DNA of 63,533 bases, counting the filler, from Octopus bimaculoides (taxonomy: Eukaryota), in assembly GCF_001194135.2 (NCBI RefSeq). It is 5 parts of 5 records of this genome, joined end to end, with 100 filler letters (N's around TTAATTAATTAA, not from the genome) between each part and the next. Parts side by side here need not be neighbours in the genome. Positions count along the whole stretch, not along the records: positions 1 to 31,025 come from NC_068983.1; 4 more parts are not named here. One strand, given 5' to 3'. Positions within the stretch are counted from its first letter, which is position 1, and each line of letters starts with the position of its first letter. The notes under the pieces are model-generated. The model was not told the DNA's origin. It ran no database searches and saw nothing but the letters and a program-made list of their open reading frames with translations. Shown one piece after another: positions 1 through 12,588 of the stretch. The position numbers and the translations under genes are program-made.

Positions 1-1388
1 AAGCAACCGACAGTGTCGTCAAAGCATTCTGGGTACATGCTTATCAGTTCTTCTTTATTTGTGATTGATGGTCGGTTCTTGATAGGCATATCTCTGTCAA
101 TCCTGCTTGGAGCTGCATTCACTTCACCGTTGATTGACACAATATTCAACTTTTGACAGGTATCAAGTCCGAGAATTGCAGGTCCATCTGTTTTTGTGAC
201 ATAAAAAGAACACTTAATTATTTTTCCTCTGTGTGTCCCTATGATGGTTGTTTTGCCCAGTTGTGGAATCCTTGTACCTCCGAATGCAGTGAGGATTACA
301 TCACTTGGTGTGAGGATTCCTTCTTTGACTTTCTGCTCATGTGTCATGTGTTCTGGGAACATCTTTTTGTAGAGGTTGACACGTAGGATATTACTCTGGG
401 CTCCAGTGTCAATCTTTAGCTTCAAGTCAACGTATGTTCGTTTCCTGCCTGACTTCTTCTGAATTTCTATAGTTGTGTATGCCTCATTTTTCTTTTGGTT
501 GTTATTTCCTATTTCATTTATATTTATTATGCCGACTGCCAAGAATTCCTCCTCTGAAGTATTTTCTTCGAGATGTTGGGCATGTATATCTCTTTGTCTT
601 CTTTTTCCACTCCACTTTGAAAATTGGGGCTTATATTTTTGAGACTTTGCTAGTCTGCACATTTTCCCCCAGTGGTTGGGTTTTCCACATGCTTTGCAGT
701 GTGTACCGTATGCAGGACATTTCCTCCTGTCATTGAACTCATGCTCTGTACCACAGTACTGGCATGTTCTCTGTTTGTGGGTTTATTTCGTCCCACGTTT
801 TGATACAGTATCTACACTGCTGCCTGTTATGTTCGTTTGCAGAGTGAGTGAGGCCATTTGTTTGGTAGTGGCCTCGAATGCTCTTGCAGTGTCTACTGCC
901 TCTGCCAACTTGAGAGCGTCCTTACCGATGAGGGATTTCTGGACTTCTTTATGAGCACACCCCTATATAAGTTGATCGACAATCCTTTCGTCCTTGTCTT
1001 TGAATTTGCACTTCTCGGCAACATTCTTTAGTCTGGACAAGAAGTTGTCAATCGTTTCTTGTGGGTATTGTTTCAGGCCCTGGAATTCATATCTATGAAT
1101 TCTATGGTTTGATCTGGGCTCTAGGTGCCTTTCAAATTTCTTTAAAAGTATGTCTGGATTATTGCAATCCGATTCTGACATGTTCCAACTATTGAATAGG
1201 TCTAGGCCCTTCTCTCCCGTCCATAAAAGGATGTAGCTTACCTTTTCGTCGGCAGTTGCACCTTTCATGAAACTTTTGAAAGCTAGTTGGGTTTTCTGTT
1301 TGAATTTCTTGAATGCTTCCACGATATCATCCGCTTCCCAGTTCATGGTTGGATGTAGATTCATCTGTACGGCGACGGGGGACGCCAT
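1..1388 (-). pseudogene. gag-protease of the Gypsy element, disrupted
   Basis: ORF 963-1388 is Gag-like (FERHLEPRSNHRIHRYEF...ETIDNFLSRLKNVAEKCKF). It ends at a premature TAG where the frame continues as GCAHKEVQKSL. Further stops and frameshifts follow. Confidence 0.85.
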
Positions 1389-1502
1389 TTTTTGATACTC
1401 GTGTGTGTGTGTCCGAAGACGAAGCGAAATTCAGTTTCTTAAATTTTAGGTTTGTTGATTTCGTGTTTTGTTGTAAAGGCACTGTTTTCGATTAGTATTT
1501 AT

Positions 1503-1513
1503 CGCTGCCACCA
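1503..1513 (-). promoter_or_regulatory. Primer-binding site complementary to the tRNA-Leu 3' end
   Basis: Minus strand TGGTGGCAGCG immediately follows LTR ...AACA. The plus strand CGCTGCCACCA equals the 3' end of tRNA-Leu(NAG) plus CCA. Confidence 0.75.
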
Positions 1514-1763
1514 TGTTATGTATTCTTTTGTTCTTAGTGGGATAATAAACAACTCACTCAAGGCATTGTTATGTTTCTACGTGTTTACTTTATTTGACAT
1601 GTTTACAAACCGTGTCTATAGCGGAGTGATTCACGCTGTGCGTATCTGCCTTAAACACAGTTCATACTGCTTAGTAGATGCGCTTAACAAAATAGTACTA
1701 CTAGTGAAGATGTATTCATATATACGTATACCTACGCATGCACATAGATGTGAACATATAACA
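1514..1763 (-). repeat. 5' LTR of the Gypsy element (250 bp)
   Basis: Bounded on the plus strand by TGTTATGT...ACATATAACA (inverted termini) and directly abutting the PBS. Confidence 0.75.
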
Positions 1764-4499
1764 TACACTCATTTATATTTTCTAGTAAATTACGCAAATT
1801 GGCAACACTTATGGCATCATTGGTGAGTAGCTCTCCATTCACTTTATACACTAAATTTCACATTTGTCATCCCTATTAACCTATTTAGAACAGTTGAATT
1901 AGGCTATAACGCACATTTTCCACTGAACTCAACCAGAGTATTTTCGTGACTAAGTGGACACTAGTTTGATAGTTGAGCTGTATGCAAATGAGTTCATAAC
2001 TGGAGTCCGGACTCTGGGGAAAAAAAATTTCGCGTCCCTTTGATATCACTGAGTTCATCCGCTTTTTGACAGACTGTGTTTTTGTCCTGCTGGATTCTAA
2101 CACTTAACTCATGAAATATAATTACTCTCCTTACTTGGTGGGTTTGCTGGTTTAATCGCCAATGACCGGACCACGTGACAGGTTGTACTGGGTTAAATAT
2201 TAGCAGAACTTCTAACTAAAAGTGCTTACCAGGCATCGCTTGATTTCTATTAACATTTCTATGATGTGATGCACACTATGACTGGCCGCAACCGAAAAGA
2301 AGCAAAGCACTTAATGAAAAATTCCATGATGGAATGAAAGCATGTGTCAGCGCAGATGTAAGCTCCCTGAACACTTGCTGCAAGAGGTTCTGAACATTGC
2401 CATGTCTATGGAAAAGAGTGTAGATCCCTAACAGGTCTGGAAAGGCATATCCGTGCTGCTCATGTTTAAAAGAACAGACAAGTGATGGCATTGCTCGAAA
2501 TCGAGTTGCAGCCAGCATTATTATCATCATATATACATGAGACAATTGCCCACTTCCAAATATTTGCACTTTTCATTCTTTTCTCTTACCGACCATTTTA
2601 TTTCATCATACTTTTGTATTTGCTTTTTTTTTTTACTCCGTTCTTCTGGCTTCACCACTCATTTTAAATTATATCGCCGGCGAGTTAACTTGAAATCCTT
2701 TGACGACAAGGTAACTTTCATCTAACTAAGGTATCAAAGGTCTCATGAGTAGCTAGCGGAGTACCCCTCGTTCAGCAATTATTACTTTGCTATATACACA
2801 CACATAAATACAATAGGCCACGTAAAACCTTTTGCGCTGGTCAAAATAAACTTCCAATTTTTTTTTTACCTATAACCAATCCGAATGTTCACTCACACGC
2901 AGACAGACACATTCACAAACACCAACAATCAAATTTAAAAGATCACATATCAATGAAATAGTCAACATGTGATTTTTTTTTAACAACTGACCATAACCAG
3001 CCAAACCTGGTATAAATACATACACAAACATGCATATGAAAATTAGACGTTCACTCACGCGCAAATACACCTTTAGAATTATACCTCAGAAATCGCACTG
3101 CAGCTGAATATTTTGGAGAGAAATTTTTGAAAAAAATATTCAGAAAATTTATAAAGCTTAATGGATAAAGCAAGTGGAAAATTACTCTGAAAATATTGAG
3201 GTGCAGAAAGATTTTACCGTGACGAAAATAAAAGAGAAGCGATACAGCTAAATTAGCGTATGTAGAAGTACTATCGTGGTTAACAAAACGAACCTGTTTG
3301 ATACTGAAAGAGACAAATCGAAAGCGAATGTTACTTCATATTATTGGGCAATTAAGAGACAACTACTCATGTAAAACAAAACGAAACAGAAAGAAAAAGA
3401 AAATGGTAAAACGGAAAACAAGATGTATACGAGAAAAGCCTAATACTTGATGAACAGAAAGGAAAAAGTAAGGAAACGAAAGACCAGTTAAAGAGCGATA
3501 CAATAGTCTTTAGGAACTGCCAAAATCAACAAATGTATGCACAGCATGGATCAATTACGCTAAGCAGCAAAGATTTTATTACAGAAGACCAAATAGGTGT
3601 TCTTAGCTAATTTCGGTATGCTAATTTCAGATCTATTAGATTTTTTTCTATCATGTCTAGATTTTGTGTAATATGCAAATTATTTAATAAAATTTCCTCT
3701 TACGTCCAAATTTGGTTTTAATCGTCTTAATGCCAGTAATATTAAACTTGCTTTTCAAGGTTAAAGTAATTTTTGTTTGCCAACAATATACAAATTCTAA
3801 CGATTTTGATCTGTAGCAGCAATGATTTACACTGTCATTACGTGTGAGATGTTTTCGTCGCGGTTGTTTCGGCTTAAATACCTGGACATCAGCTCCACAT
3901 GCCCTTTTGTTCCAGCAGGTCACGTGACCTTGTGATTAGCCGAGCTTGTTGTTCGTATTGGTCGGTTTCCAGCCGTCCAATCGTGTTGACGCAACAGTTC
4001 ATTTTTCCTTACGCGGGAAATTAATCACCAGCTCTGGGAGCCTCCTAATCTTTATAAGAACGACAGTTCTCGACCTCACGCAACTCGTCTCGACAGCGAT
4101 GTATCCGGCACCAGCCAGTCTCCGCTTTCACCTCTACCTGCTTACATCGTTGCTGTATGAACACCACACAACCAACAGAACAACGGTTGCATCTACACAT
4201 CACCAAACAGTACGTTAACTTTGTCTACAAAGATCAACAGTCCAGCCTAACTACGAAATCTCTCACACATACTTGTAACCTGTTACATTTATTTTATTAC
4301 ATATATGACAATCATTGTATTTTATAACGGAGAATAAATCGTCAGTTACCAGTTTCGTTTCATCTCACGTCGTATATCATTTTTACATTTCTTTACCATC
4401 TTCGTTATCGATCAATAAAATTTATCCTGAGTTGGCAAAACTGAATTAAGAGCATAGTAATAGCCTAACGGTCAAACCCTAAGTGACAGTCAAGTAGAG

Positions 4500-4649
4500 C
4501 GTTTGTTGAAAACAATAGTTCATCTGAAGATTCTGCTAGTGATATAGAAATAGGGAAAGATGGCGTATATGTTCCAGATGCGACTAGTTTTCCACATTTA
4601 TTAAGTCAAGAGGATGTTAAATGACTTAGTGCGTCATTTGGAATTACTT
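4500..4649 (+). pseudogene. DNA transposase fragment, possibly Chapaev3/CMC-like
   Basis: An acidic linker is followed by PHLLSQED(L)NDLVRHLEL with a 1-nt frameshift, resembling the PHLITQSELNDLVRDL motif I recall from this family. It is cut by a TGTAAC-starting insertion at 4650. Family assignment is from memory only. Confidence 0.35.
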
Positions 4650-4974
4650 TGTAACGACCGTGCGAAGCGAGGTGACGAGAATGGCTCCTTAGTACATCAC
4701 ACGGTCGATACAATAAATATATCAGCTCACCGTCAAGGAAATGACGAAGCCTCAGTACATGTCTGCGTATCATCAGCTACAGCATGCCCAGTTCTCCATT
4801 CAGTGCGTGTCGATAGCAAATTGAGCGCCTAACCAGTGGAACGCACCCTTTCCACGTAATGCAGAAAAGTAGGCTCTCCAATTTGGTCAGATGTGAACTA
4901 GGGTAAGTCACGACAGTCAAGGACAGAAGCGATGTGTGCATTCGCCGCTTCTGCTTGACCATTCAGCAACAGCT

Positions 4975-7340
4975 TTCTCTTGGTCCATTTCTGGGTGAGA
5001 TTGGCTCCTGTTCGTCACTTAGCTTCAGTTCTTTTCCACCTGGGGATATGGTCCAAACCAGACCCTGAGCAATTTAACCGGTCCGTCCGTCCAGCGTCCA
5101 ACATTATTGGACTGTATGAACCTATCTCTCAAGGTGCCGAGCTGCAGGCCTACAGATTTTTCTTGGTTTATTTTAATTCATGTCACTGCAGCGTATTCTT
5201 TTAGAACAGTACCTGGTGTCCGAAATTATGACATGCGCTGATATGGTTCTCCCATCTAGTTCCTGCGGAATCCCTACAATGTTTCCAGTTTCCACAATGG
5301 TACCTACAGAAGAGACGTAAGGAGACAACCATCACGGACGGAGAAGTTGATATTGAACGGTCCCGATAGGTAACCATTCACTCGAACTATCGAGCAGATG
5401 TCGCTGTACATTGCAGAAATCCAGCTGCAGAAGACAGGACCGAAACTGGCTACCTAGTATTGTTGTCGATCCCATCGAAGGCTTTTCATTGATCTAAATT
5501 GATCAGGGTCCTGTAGTGGCGCGAAATTATAGCCGCCATTGAGGAAGTACTATTCTGCGCATGCACAAGGGACTTCAACACCGGAAGCCCCTCGAGTGAG
5601 CATGCGTAGTAAAACTAGTACTTAAAGAGTGAGTTTCCCTTTGTAAGTCAGTTGAGCGACAGACCTTCTACGTGACAACTCCTCGCTCCTCAACGAAGCA
5701 CTCTTCACTTCGATGTCTTCGATGGTGATAGCTACTTGCTTCTCTGGCAGGCATCAAGGAAGCTCTTAACTTTCCAATACCAACTACAACTTAATCAGCG
5801 GTTGTTAAGCTGAGTGACACAGGATTTGTATAACCAAGCATCATCAAAAATAAAACATATATTTTTATTATGTTGTTGAATTGTTCTACTGTTCCTTAAT
5901 ATATATTTATATTGAAAGGTGATAGAGAGAGACTAAAGTCTCTATGACAACTATCAAACTTTTACAGTCCCATCCATGCCAAGTTCTTTACCCTCTCTAT
6001 GATGTATCGCATGAGGTGGAAATTGTCGTAGATCTGTTTGGGATAGTGCAAGCTTGCGAATTAACACTCAGTCCCTCGTCAAGTGCCAACGTCTTCGCTA
6101 ACACCTTGGATAAATTTTGAAATTTGCGTTTAGCAGAGATATGCGCCAATATATTTTTTTAATATTTGATTGCCCTTTATTGGGGTCTTTCTTAGCGGTG
6201 TTATTGCTCTTCAACTTACAGAACTAGGAATTCTCCTATTTTGCTGCAGTAGTTGTCTGTCAAGAGGCCTCCAAACAAGTCTGGCATATATAGGTAAAAC
6301 TTGTGGGGTAGACTAGCCAAACCAGATGATTTGCTCCCCGTGCAGCTAATCATAGTTTCCCGTATTTCCACAGCCGTTATTGGGTTTTTGCAACGCTCCG
6401 CCTCCTTTGCTGAGAATTGCAGCAGGCTATCGAGATAGGCACTGAAGTCCATTCTGCACTCCGTTGCTCGACCCAAACAGTCGAGCAAAGTGCTGCTGAA
6501 ATGCCGGTCACATCTACTTGGGCTCGAGTACAATGCGCCCATTTTGGCTCACCAAAAAACCAAATTGTAACTATTTCTACGTTGCGCCTCCGCCACTCGA
6601 CCCTGTCGAGCAGTTTTCGTTTCCTCATGTCTAAGCATTGAAGAATTGGTCGAGAGCCAATCTTATTGCCAACACGTCGGTTGCGATGCCATTCATAAGT
6701 TTATGAGTTTCCTTCTATTTCTATTGGTACGGCCTAATTGATTCCACTCTTTTTAGAGCCCTTTCTAGAGAAAACCACCATTTGTTCTTGACGGGCGCAT
6801 TCAACTTCCAGTAACTTTGCTTACGAAGCATATCTAGGTCGACTGTACAAATCACAAATTTATGATCTGTGTAACCAACAATTTTAAAAAGTGGATAACC
6901 TATTCTACCCTTAGCTACTGGCCTACAGAATACTCTGTTTGGAAACAACCTAAGTGGCCCGATGCGGTTCGCCCAATGGCACATTCAGGAAATCCAGTCA
7001 GTACCTATGAGACAGTTGGAAAAGTCTGGGCAGTTTTGCGAAGCTTTTTGCACTACTCTCTCCTATCCCCCCACACTCCAAATGTGCATTCAAGATGTTC
7101 TAGTTGCCCACCAGTACTAAAGGTAGGGACGTTCTCAAGAAAACCTCTAGACCTCTGAAAAAATTCGGTTGTCCCTTCCCTGTCAGAGCATAACACAACT
7201 ATCAGTCACTCCTTCACTACTGTTCACATCCAAGACTACCAACTTACTTTCTGAGATCCAGACCTTTCCGGAACTGTACCGCAGTTCCCCCTTCCTTCCA
7301 TCATCCCCCGAAAATGACCATAAAAGCTTGTGAATCGGAA
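4975..7340 (-). mobile_element. L1-clade (Tx1-like) LINE ORF2, decayed
   Basis: Minus-strand motifs in order: APE endonuclease (LVVLDV, LVLVGN, YTDHKFV, YWKLNA), linker (ITAVEIRE, GSKSSGLASLPHKFY) and RT (LINLDQ*KAFD, SVRDGCLL). Many stops. Confidence 0.85.
5512..5966. mobile_element. Solo LTR (455 bp) inserted in the Tx1-like LINE
   Basis: TGTA...TACA termini with a GTCC duplication at 5508-5511 and 5967-5970. Removing it rejoins the LINE RT sequence. Confidence 0.85.
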
Positions 7341-7514
7341 AGTCTGCTCACGTTGTTACATTTGTACGTAATGACCTGAGGTCATTGAGTACATAACCCT
7401 ACTTACAAAGCGACCCCACGTGCATTTATACTGCCAATTCTGAGCACGGTCATGTTAAAAGGAAAAGAGGAAAGAGCTACTTACAATGATTTTCCTCTAG
7501 TTTGATGTGGGTAT

Positions 7515-7863
7515 TTCTTTTATCTTTTGCTTGTTTCAGTGATTAGACTGTGGCCATGCCGGGGCATCGCCTTGAAAAATTTTAGTTGAACGAATCAATC
7601 CCAGTACTTACTTTTTAAAGTCTGGTTCTTATTCTAAGTTACACACCAGCACCGATTGTCAAGCGATGGTGGGGGGGGGGCAAATATAGACACACATACA
7701 TATGATGGCTTCTTTCAATATCCATCTACGAAATTCACTCACAATGATTCAGCTGGCCCAATGCTATAGTAGAAGACATTTGTCCAAGGTGCCACGCAAT
7801 AGAACTGAACCCAGAACCGTGTGATTGGGAAGCAAACTTCTTACCGCACAGCCACGCCTGCAC
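7515..7863 (-). mobile_element. tRNA-derived SINE (family B)
   Basis: Minus-strand head GGTGCAGGCGTGGCTGTGCGGTAAGAAGTTTGCTTCCCAATCACACGGTTCTGGGTTCAG has A/B-box-like motifs. Related copies lie near 18190-18330, 23935, 39975-40900, 47660-47790 and 62490-62640. Confidence 0.8.
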
Positions 7864-9539
7864 CTGACAATGTTTTGTTAATATTTTTTCTGAAATTCCT
7901 TACTCCATCAGGGGGGGGGGGCATTTGTTTTTTTTTAATGATGTTATATATATTTTCGTTTGTCTGAATTATTTTTATGTTATGTTGGTGTGATTGTGTA
8001 TGTGTTCCATTATTGCTTTTTTGTTGATGGCAATCAAATTTGTTTTTGGTTTTGTAGGCATGGTGGTATTTGCTGCTGTCTGTGCTGTTGGATGAGACCA
8101 TTATTATAGCAATTACATTGCTGATCCTAAAGTGGGGGATTGAATTAGAAGCTTGTCTTTTATTAGCCATAAGTGACGCTTAATGAGATTAACTAGTATT
8201 TTACATATTTCTTATTTAGGATATCACAAAATTTAGCCTGTAAAAGCACCCACTGCGTTTTCATCCGCCAAAAACAACAACAGGAAATGTTTCGTTCAGT
8301 ATATCGTCTACATTTTTTTATTGCAGAAAGAGGAGCGAACACAATGTTTATTTACTCTAATTTAGGACTCTTTCACTCTGACAACGCTTATACAAACACT
8401 TATAGACAAGTAGTTACGCGCGCGCACACACACAAACTCGTAGCATGCAATACACTTGTGAGAAATTTATGGGATGGGGCGACATAAATCTTTTTGGACG
8501 GCATGAGGATGTTGGAAAAGTATATCATTTTTAAATGTGATGGAAAGTATTACTTTAATAAATAAGTATTTTCACATTGTATGAAGTGTTTCTTTGCTAC
8601 GGAAAATGTTGAGAATATGTGCGTGTGTGCGCCACTACGCAAAGGTTGCTACAACAGAAATTGTGCATGAATTAGTAGTGTTAACAAGTTTCTAATTGAT
8701 TAAGAACTAAACACTCCTTAAGAGGTGGGGTTACACCCAGATAAGAAATGACATCTTGCGTATACAAGCGACCGAGCATAAAGATAATATGTTTGGGAGC
8801 GCTTCGTGCTAAATAATAAAGATACCTATCGAACTCGCTTTAATTACCAAAATACTATATTTTCTATATCATCAAACACGCCAGATATCCTTCGGCGAGT
8901 TATATCGTTTGAGAATATTCAATTTCTTCAAAGCAATTTCTCTCGATATGCAGCAAACAATATCTTTGCAGTAGAAAAAAAAAATGTGCAGTTCACAAGC
9001 CAGCCAACCATACAGACAGCCTGCAGGATATCATGTTGCTGATACACTTTACCGCTCTGGTCAAGTCACATGTTTCATATTAAAATGCCTTCCCGATCGA
9101 AATACAATTGTTCTTTGTCAGCTAGATCAGAATGATTAGTCAAATATTATTTCAGAAAACAATTTTATTGTATGGTTTGATCAAACTTTATAACACTCAC
9201 AACATACTATAGGAAAGTTTTTTTTTCATCACAATGACACTGCTTCTCATCTACACTTTGTGCACAATGGATCGGCAAATACAGTTTTCAATAGTCTTCA
9301 AAATTTTTCAGCTTTCCATAAACATCACTTCTCTGTTTAAACGAACTTGTTTTTTTTTTGTGTGAGAAATCTATGAACAGATCAATGGGGTGGCTGTGGG
9401 TACAAGAATGGGCTCCAACTTATTTGCTTGCTCCATTGAGTTCCAAATATTTCCCTATTTCATCGGTCCTACACCAGAACTACAAACTGGTTACATCAAT
9501 AATTGTGTTGGCACCTCTCTCCCTCTCTTCTCAAAGAGA

Positions 9540-9900
9540 TAAATTCTTTTAGCTTCTTTCACCCCTTTCATCTCTTGACACTGCCCTCAATTTCCTTGAT
9601 ACTGCCATCTCAATCAACCATTCTGCTCTCTCTCTCTCTCCACTTCTGTTTCCTTCCTGCCTATACACTCTCAACCCTATCTCAACTTTCCTTTTCCAGT
9701 GCCACCAACATCAAGTATGTCATCCTCTACTCATAGGTTCTCCGTCTCTGCCATTTCTGTAGCTGTATTCATGCCTTTGGGACTCAAAATATGGCTGTTC
9801 TATTTATTCAATGCTGCTACAACCCATCCTTCTTTCACAGTTCTTGTCATTGACCCTTAACTTCTATATCTGACACTTAACAATCCACCTTGTTCGGGTC
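9540..9900 (+). mobile_element. Penelope-like RT fragment
   Basis: Decayed FHP...FLDTAISI...VILYS*VLRLCHFCS matches the PLE RT C-terminal pattern (FLD...IPYSQFLRLRRICS). Confidence 0.6.
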
Positions 9901-10249
9901 ATTTCAGCATTTCTTTGATACCTTTATTCTCTCTCTCCCACACAACAACAACCTCATGTAATTTAGAAGCAATGGATATGTATTATGTATTTCATTAAGG
10001 GGTTTTAGTTTTTCTAATAACTATTAATGAAATTTGAAATGAGTCTATGATTGTTGTCAATTCTGTACAAATTCTTTGTTTCATCAGACTGAAGTTATTT
10101 CACAAGACTTCTTTTTATGTTAGGCATTCCGTTTGAAGTGAGTGTGGGAAATTTTTATTTGAAACATTCCATCCAATATAAGAATGAGAGCTAATAATTC
10201 CACTGAAATTAATGATTTTACAAGTCTTATAACAGCTTTTAGTATCTGA

Positions 10250-10760
10250 ATAACTGTAACCCTCAAACTAGACAGAATTAGAAAAATCAACATTTTATCT
10301 GCAAGAACATCAAACTGCAGATTACCACAAAAACCAACCTACACAAATCTAACTTTAACCAATTCCTTGAACTATTCTTCCAGTGAACCAAATGTATCCC
10401 TAAACTATATGCACTAACATTCCAGCTACCCAAAGAGTATTATAAATTATTTAGTCAAAAACATCTTTAACAGTTCTGAAAGAAAACATACTGAATCATC
10501 TCAATACTATAATCAGCTTTATATAAAAGCAGTTTTTGAGAAAATTTTCTTCTGCAAAGTATACATAAAGAACGCTCTTACATACAATCAGGAATGAGAA
10601 AAGAAATATAAATTGGTATAACCCTCTTTTTAACCCAATCTCAGGAGCTGTCTTTTTCAATTTGCTCAAAAACTTTCTCCTCACAGCATAAGTGTTATAA
10701 AATCTTTAACAAAAATACTATTGATATCTCTTACTCTACCAAATGCAGCTTTGCTACTCA
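10250..10760 (+). mobile_element. Penelope-like fragment (linker before the GIY-YIG domain)
   Basis: RKRNINWYNP and HKCYKIFNKNTIDISYS match the PLE RKRNIIWFNPP / HKIFNRNTVKVSYS motifs. Confidence 0.7.
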
Positions 10761-10847
10761 AATCTTATCTTCATCTAATCTGTTTCAGCTGAATTCATTA
10801 AGAATCAGCTTGCTGTAAATCTCAATACAAGCTCCTTTCATTCATTA

Positions 10848-11035
10848 TCATCATCGTCGTTTAACGTCCGCTTTCCATGCTAGCATGGGTTGGACGATTT
10901 GACTGAGGACTAGTGAAACCAGATGGCTACACCAGGCTCCAATCTAATTTGGCAGAGTTTCTACGGCTGGATGCCCTTCCTAACGCCAACCACTCAGAGA
11001 GTGTAGTGGGTGCTTTTACGTGTCACCCGCACGAA
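10848..11035 (-). mobile_element. RTE-type 3' end or RTE-tailed SINE with (ATG)n tail
   Basis: Plus strand starts catcatcgtcgtttaacgtccgctttccatgctagcatgggttgg. More decayed relatives lie near 14340, 15565, 17970, 47490, 49680 and 62670. Confidence 0.65.
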
Positions 11036-11753
11036 ATTGCCAAATGTATCATATCATTCACCAATTACTATACTAAGTAACAATTCTTTTAAAATGTTAA
11101 TTTTTTTTTTTTTTTAGCTTTAGTGATCATACCCATATATTTATACTTCAAAGTAGCAATGGAATCTCACTGTATTGCATAATCTGGGATGTGAAAATTA
11201 AAATGATGTTAATTTTACTCTATACTGTAAAAGTAACTGCAAATTGAAAATTTTTTTCTTTATTACTAATCTTGAAAAGGTATTTTCACTAATTACCGAA
11301 AGATGCATTTTAGTGAACACAGGAGGTTATGTGTAGAACGATGAATAATAACAATGTGAAAACTATAAATGTAATAAATGTGTGGCTCACATTCAAAAGA
11401 ACAGCATCTAACTGTTGCTTGTTTCTTAGTAGTTTAGCTTTGAAATTGATATAAAATTGTATCTCCTGGTAGAGACTGAGTATAGAGAAAAAAAAATCAA
11501 TGTCTTTGTCTGAATCATGAGAGTGACAGTGGTCTTACCTTGTCATAGTGTTTGACATATGTAGCTAATATGCTTATTATAGGAGATATACATTTGTACA
11601 TGCTGTATGAATTGTTGATAACTGCAAATGTGTTTACATACAATTTGGTTGTTTTTATAATATCCTCAAAAATCTGAATATATTTTAGGAAATACTAAAT
11701 TTTTCACACTAAAAATAATTAAAACAAAAAAGAATTAAAAAAATCAATAACAT

Positions 11754-11840
11754 TTATTGATCAAATCCTTTTGACTTGATTAGGCAGTGTTGAATGACAG
11801 GGTAAATTTTTTGGCAACTATCAATACATAGCTTAATGGC
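11754..11840 (-). CDS. EXOSC6: Exosome complex component MTR3, terminal coding exon
   Basis: Acceptor ttcttcttcttttttgcag. Translates AIKLCIDSCQKIYPVIQHCLIKSKGFDQ* (phase 0) and aligns to the human C-terminus [20 protein letters not shown] as recalled. Confidence 0.92.
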   Translation of the reverse strand, partial: AIKLCIDSCQKIYPVIQHCLIKSKGFDQ

Positions 11841-12477
11841 CTGCAAAAAAGAAGAAGAAAACAAGTTTTCAGAAACTGAATAAAGATAATATGATTTTGG
11901 TGATATCGAAAATACAACTAAATAGTAAGATGATAATTTAAAAGATAAAAAATATTACAGACATGGCTGCGTGGTTGAGATGCTTGCTTTGCAACCTCAT
12001 GATGAATGATTTGATGACAACCATTCAGAAAGGTTTGAATAAACCAAACATATCCAAAAAATATTTTTGGACAATCTTGAACGGTTCCAAAATATGCAGC
12101 TGCTCAGTTTCTGACATATCAGAATTTAAACATTTTAAACATATTTTCATTCTATAGATGCTAATGTTTAATTTTAAATATTTAAGAAATGCTGATACAT
12201 ACATGAAATAGAGGTGATCTTAAATCATTAATGATTCCAGGAACAAATGTCATACTGGGATAAGAAATTAAAAGTAAGCTATAACTGTGGTCCAGTTGAC
12301 ATGTTTCTTTCCTTCAAGCAGCAAGATAATAAGGTGCAGCTCACATGAATAAGATGAACTAACATCACTTCCTACTATTACTAACACAAAAGTTATGCAC
12401 CTAAACCAAAAGAAGTTTTCTCAAACTAATTTCAAAGGAAATATAATTGAATAACAAACGCAAGCAGAATGTCTTAC

Positions 12478-12588
12478 CTTTGTTACCATTTCCAACACAC
12501 ATTCACCACTGGAAGTTAGAGCTGATATCTGATTCAAGGATGGCATATAGGCAACTGTGAGACTTGCATTGTTTTCATCCACTTCTTT
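12478..12588 (-). CDS. EXOSC6: Exosome complex component MTR3, internal exon
   Basis: ttcttgtttacag | 111 bp | gtaaga, phase 0-0. KEVDENNASLTVAYMPSLNQISALTSSGECVLEMVTK matches the MTR3 pattern LTVALMPVLNQV. Confidence 0.93.

Larger units (their letters stand above)
1..1763 (-). mobile_element. Ty3/Gypsy (Mag-like) LTR retrotransposon, 5' part, decayed; runs off the window start
   Basis: The minus strand shows LTR, PBS, gag, two CCHC knuckles (CQYCGTEH...CPAYGTHCKACGKPNHW, about 640-770) and an aspartic protease motif (LKIDTGAQSNIL, about 390-430) in canonical order. Confidence 0.9.

Noticed and set aside
3947-4290. Possible solo LTR starting TGTTG
   Set aside because: No matching CA end with a TSD could be found.
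11999-12114. C/D-box snoRNA (ATGATGA ... CTGA)
   Set aside because: Antisense to the host gene, no terminal stem and no recognisable guide.
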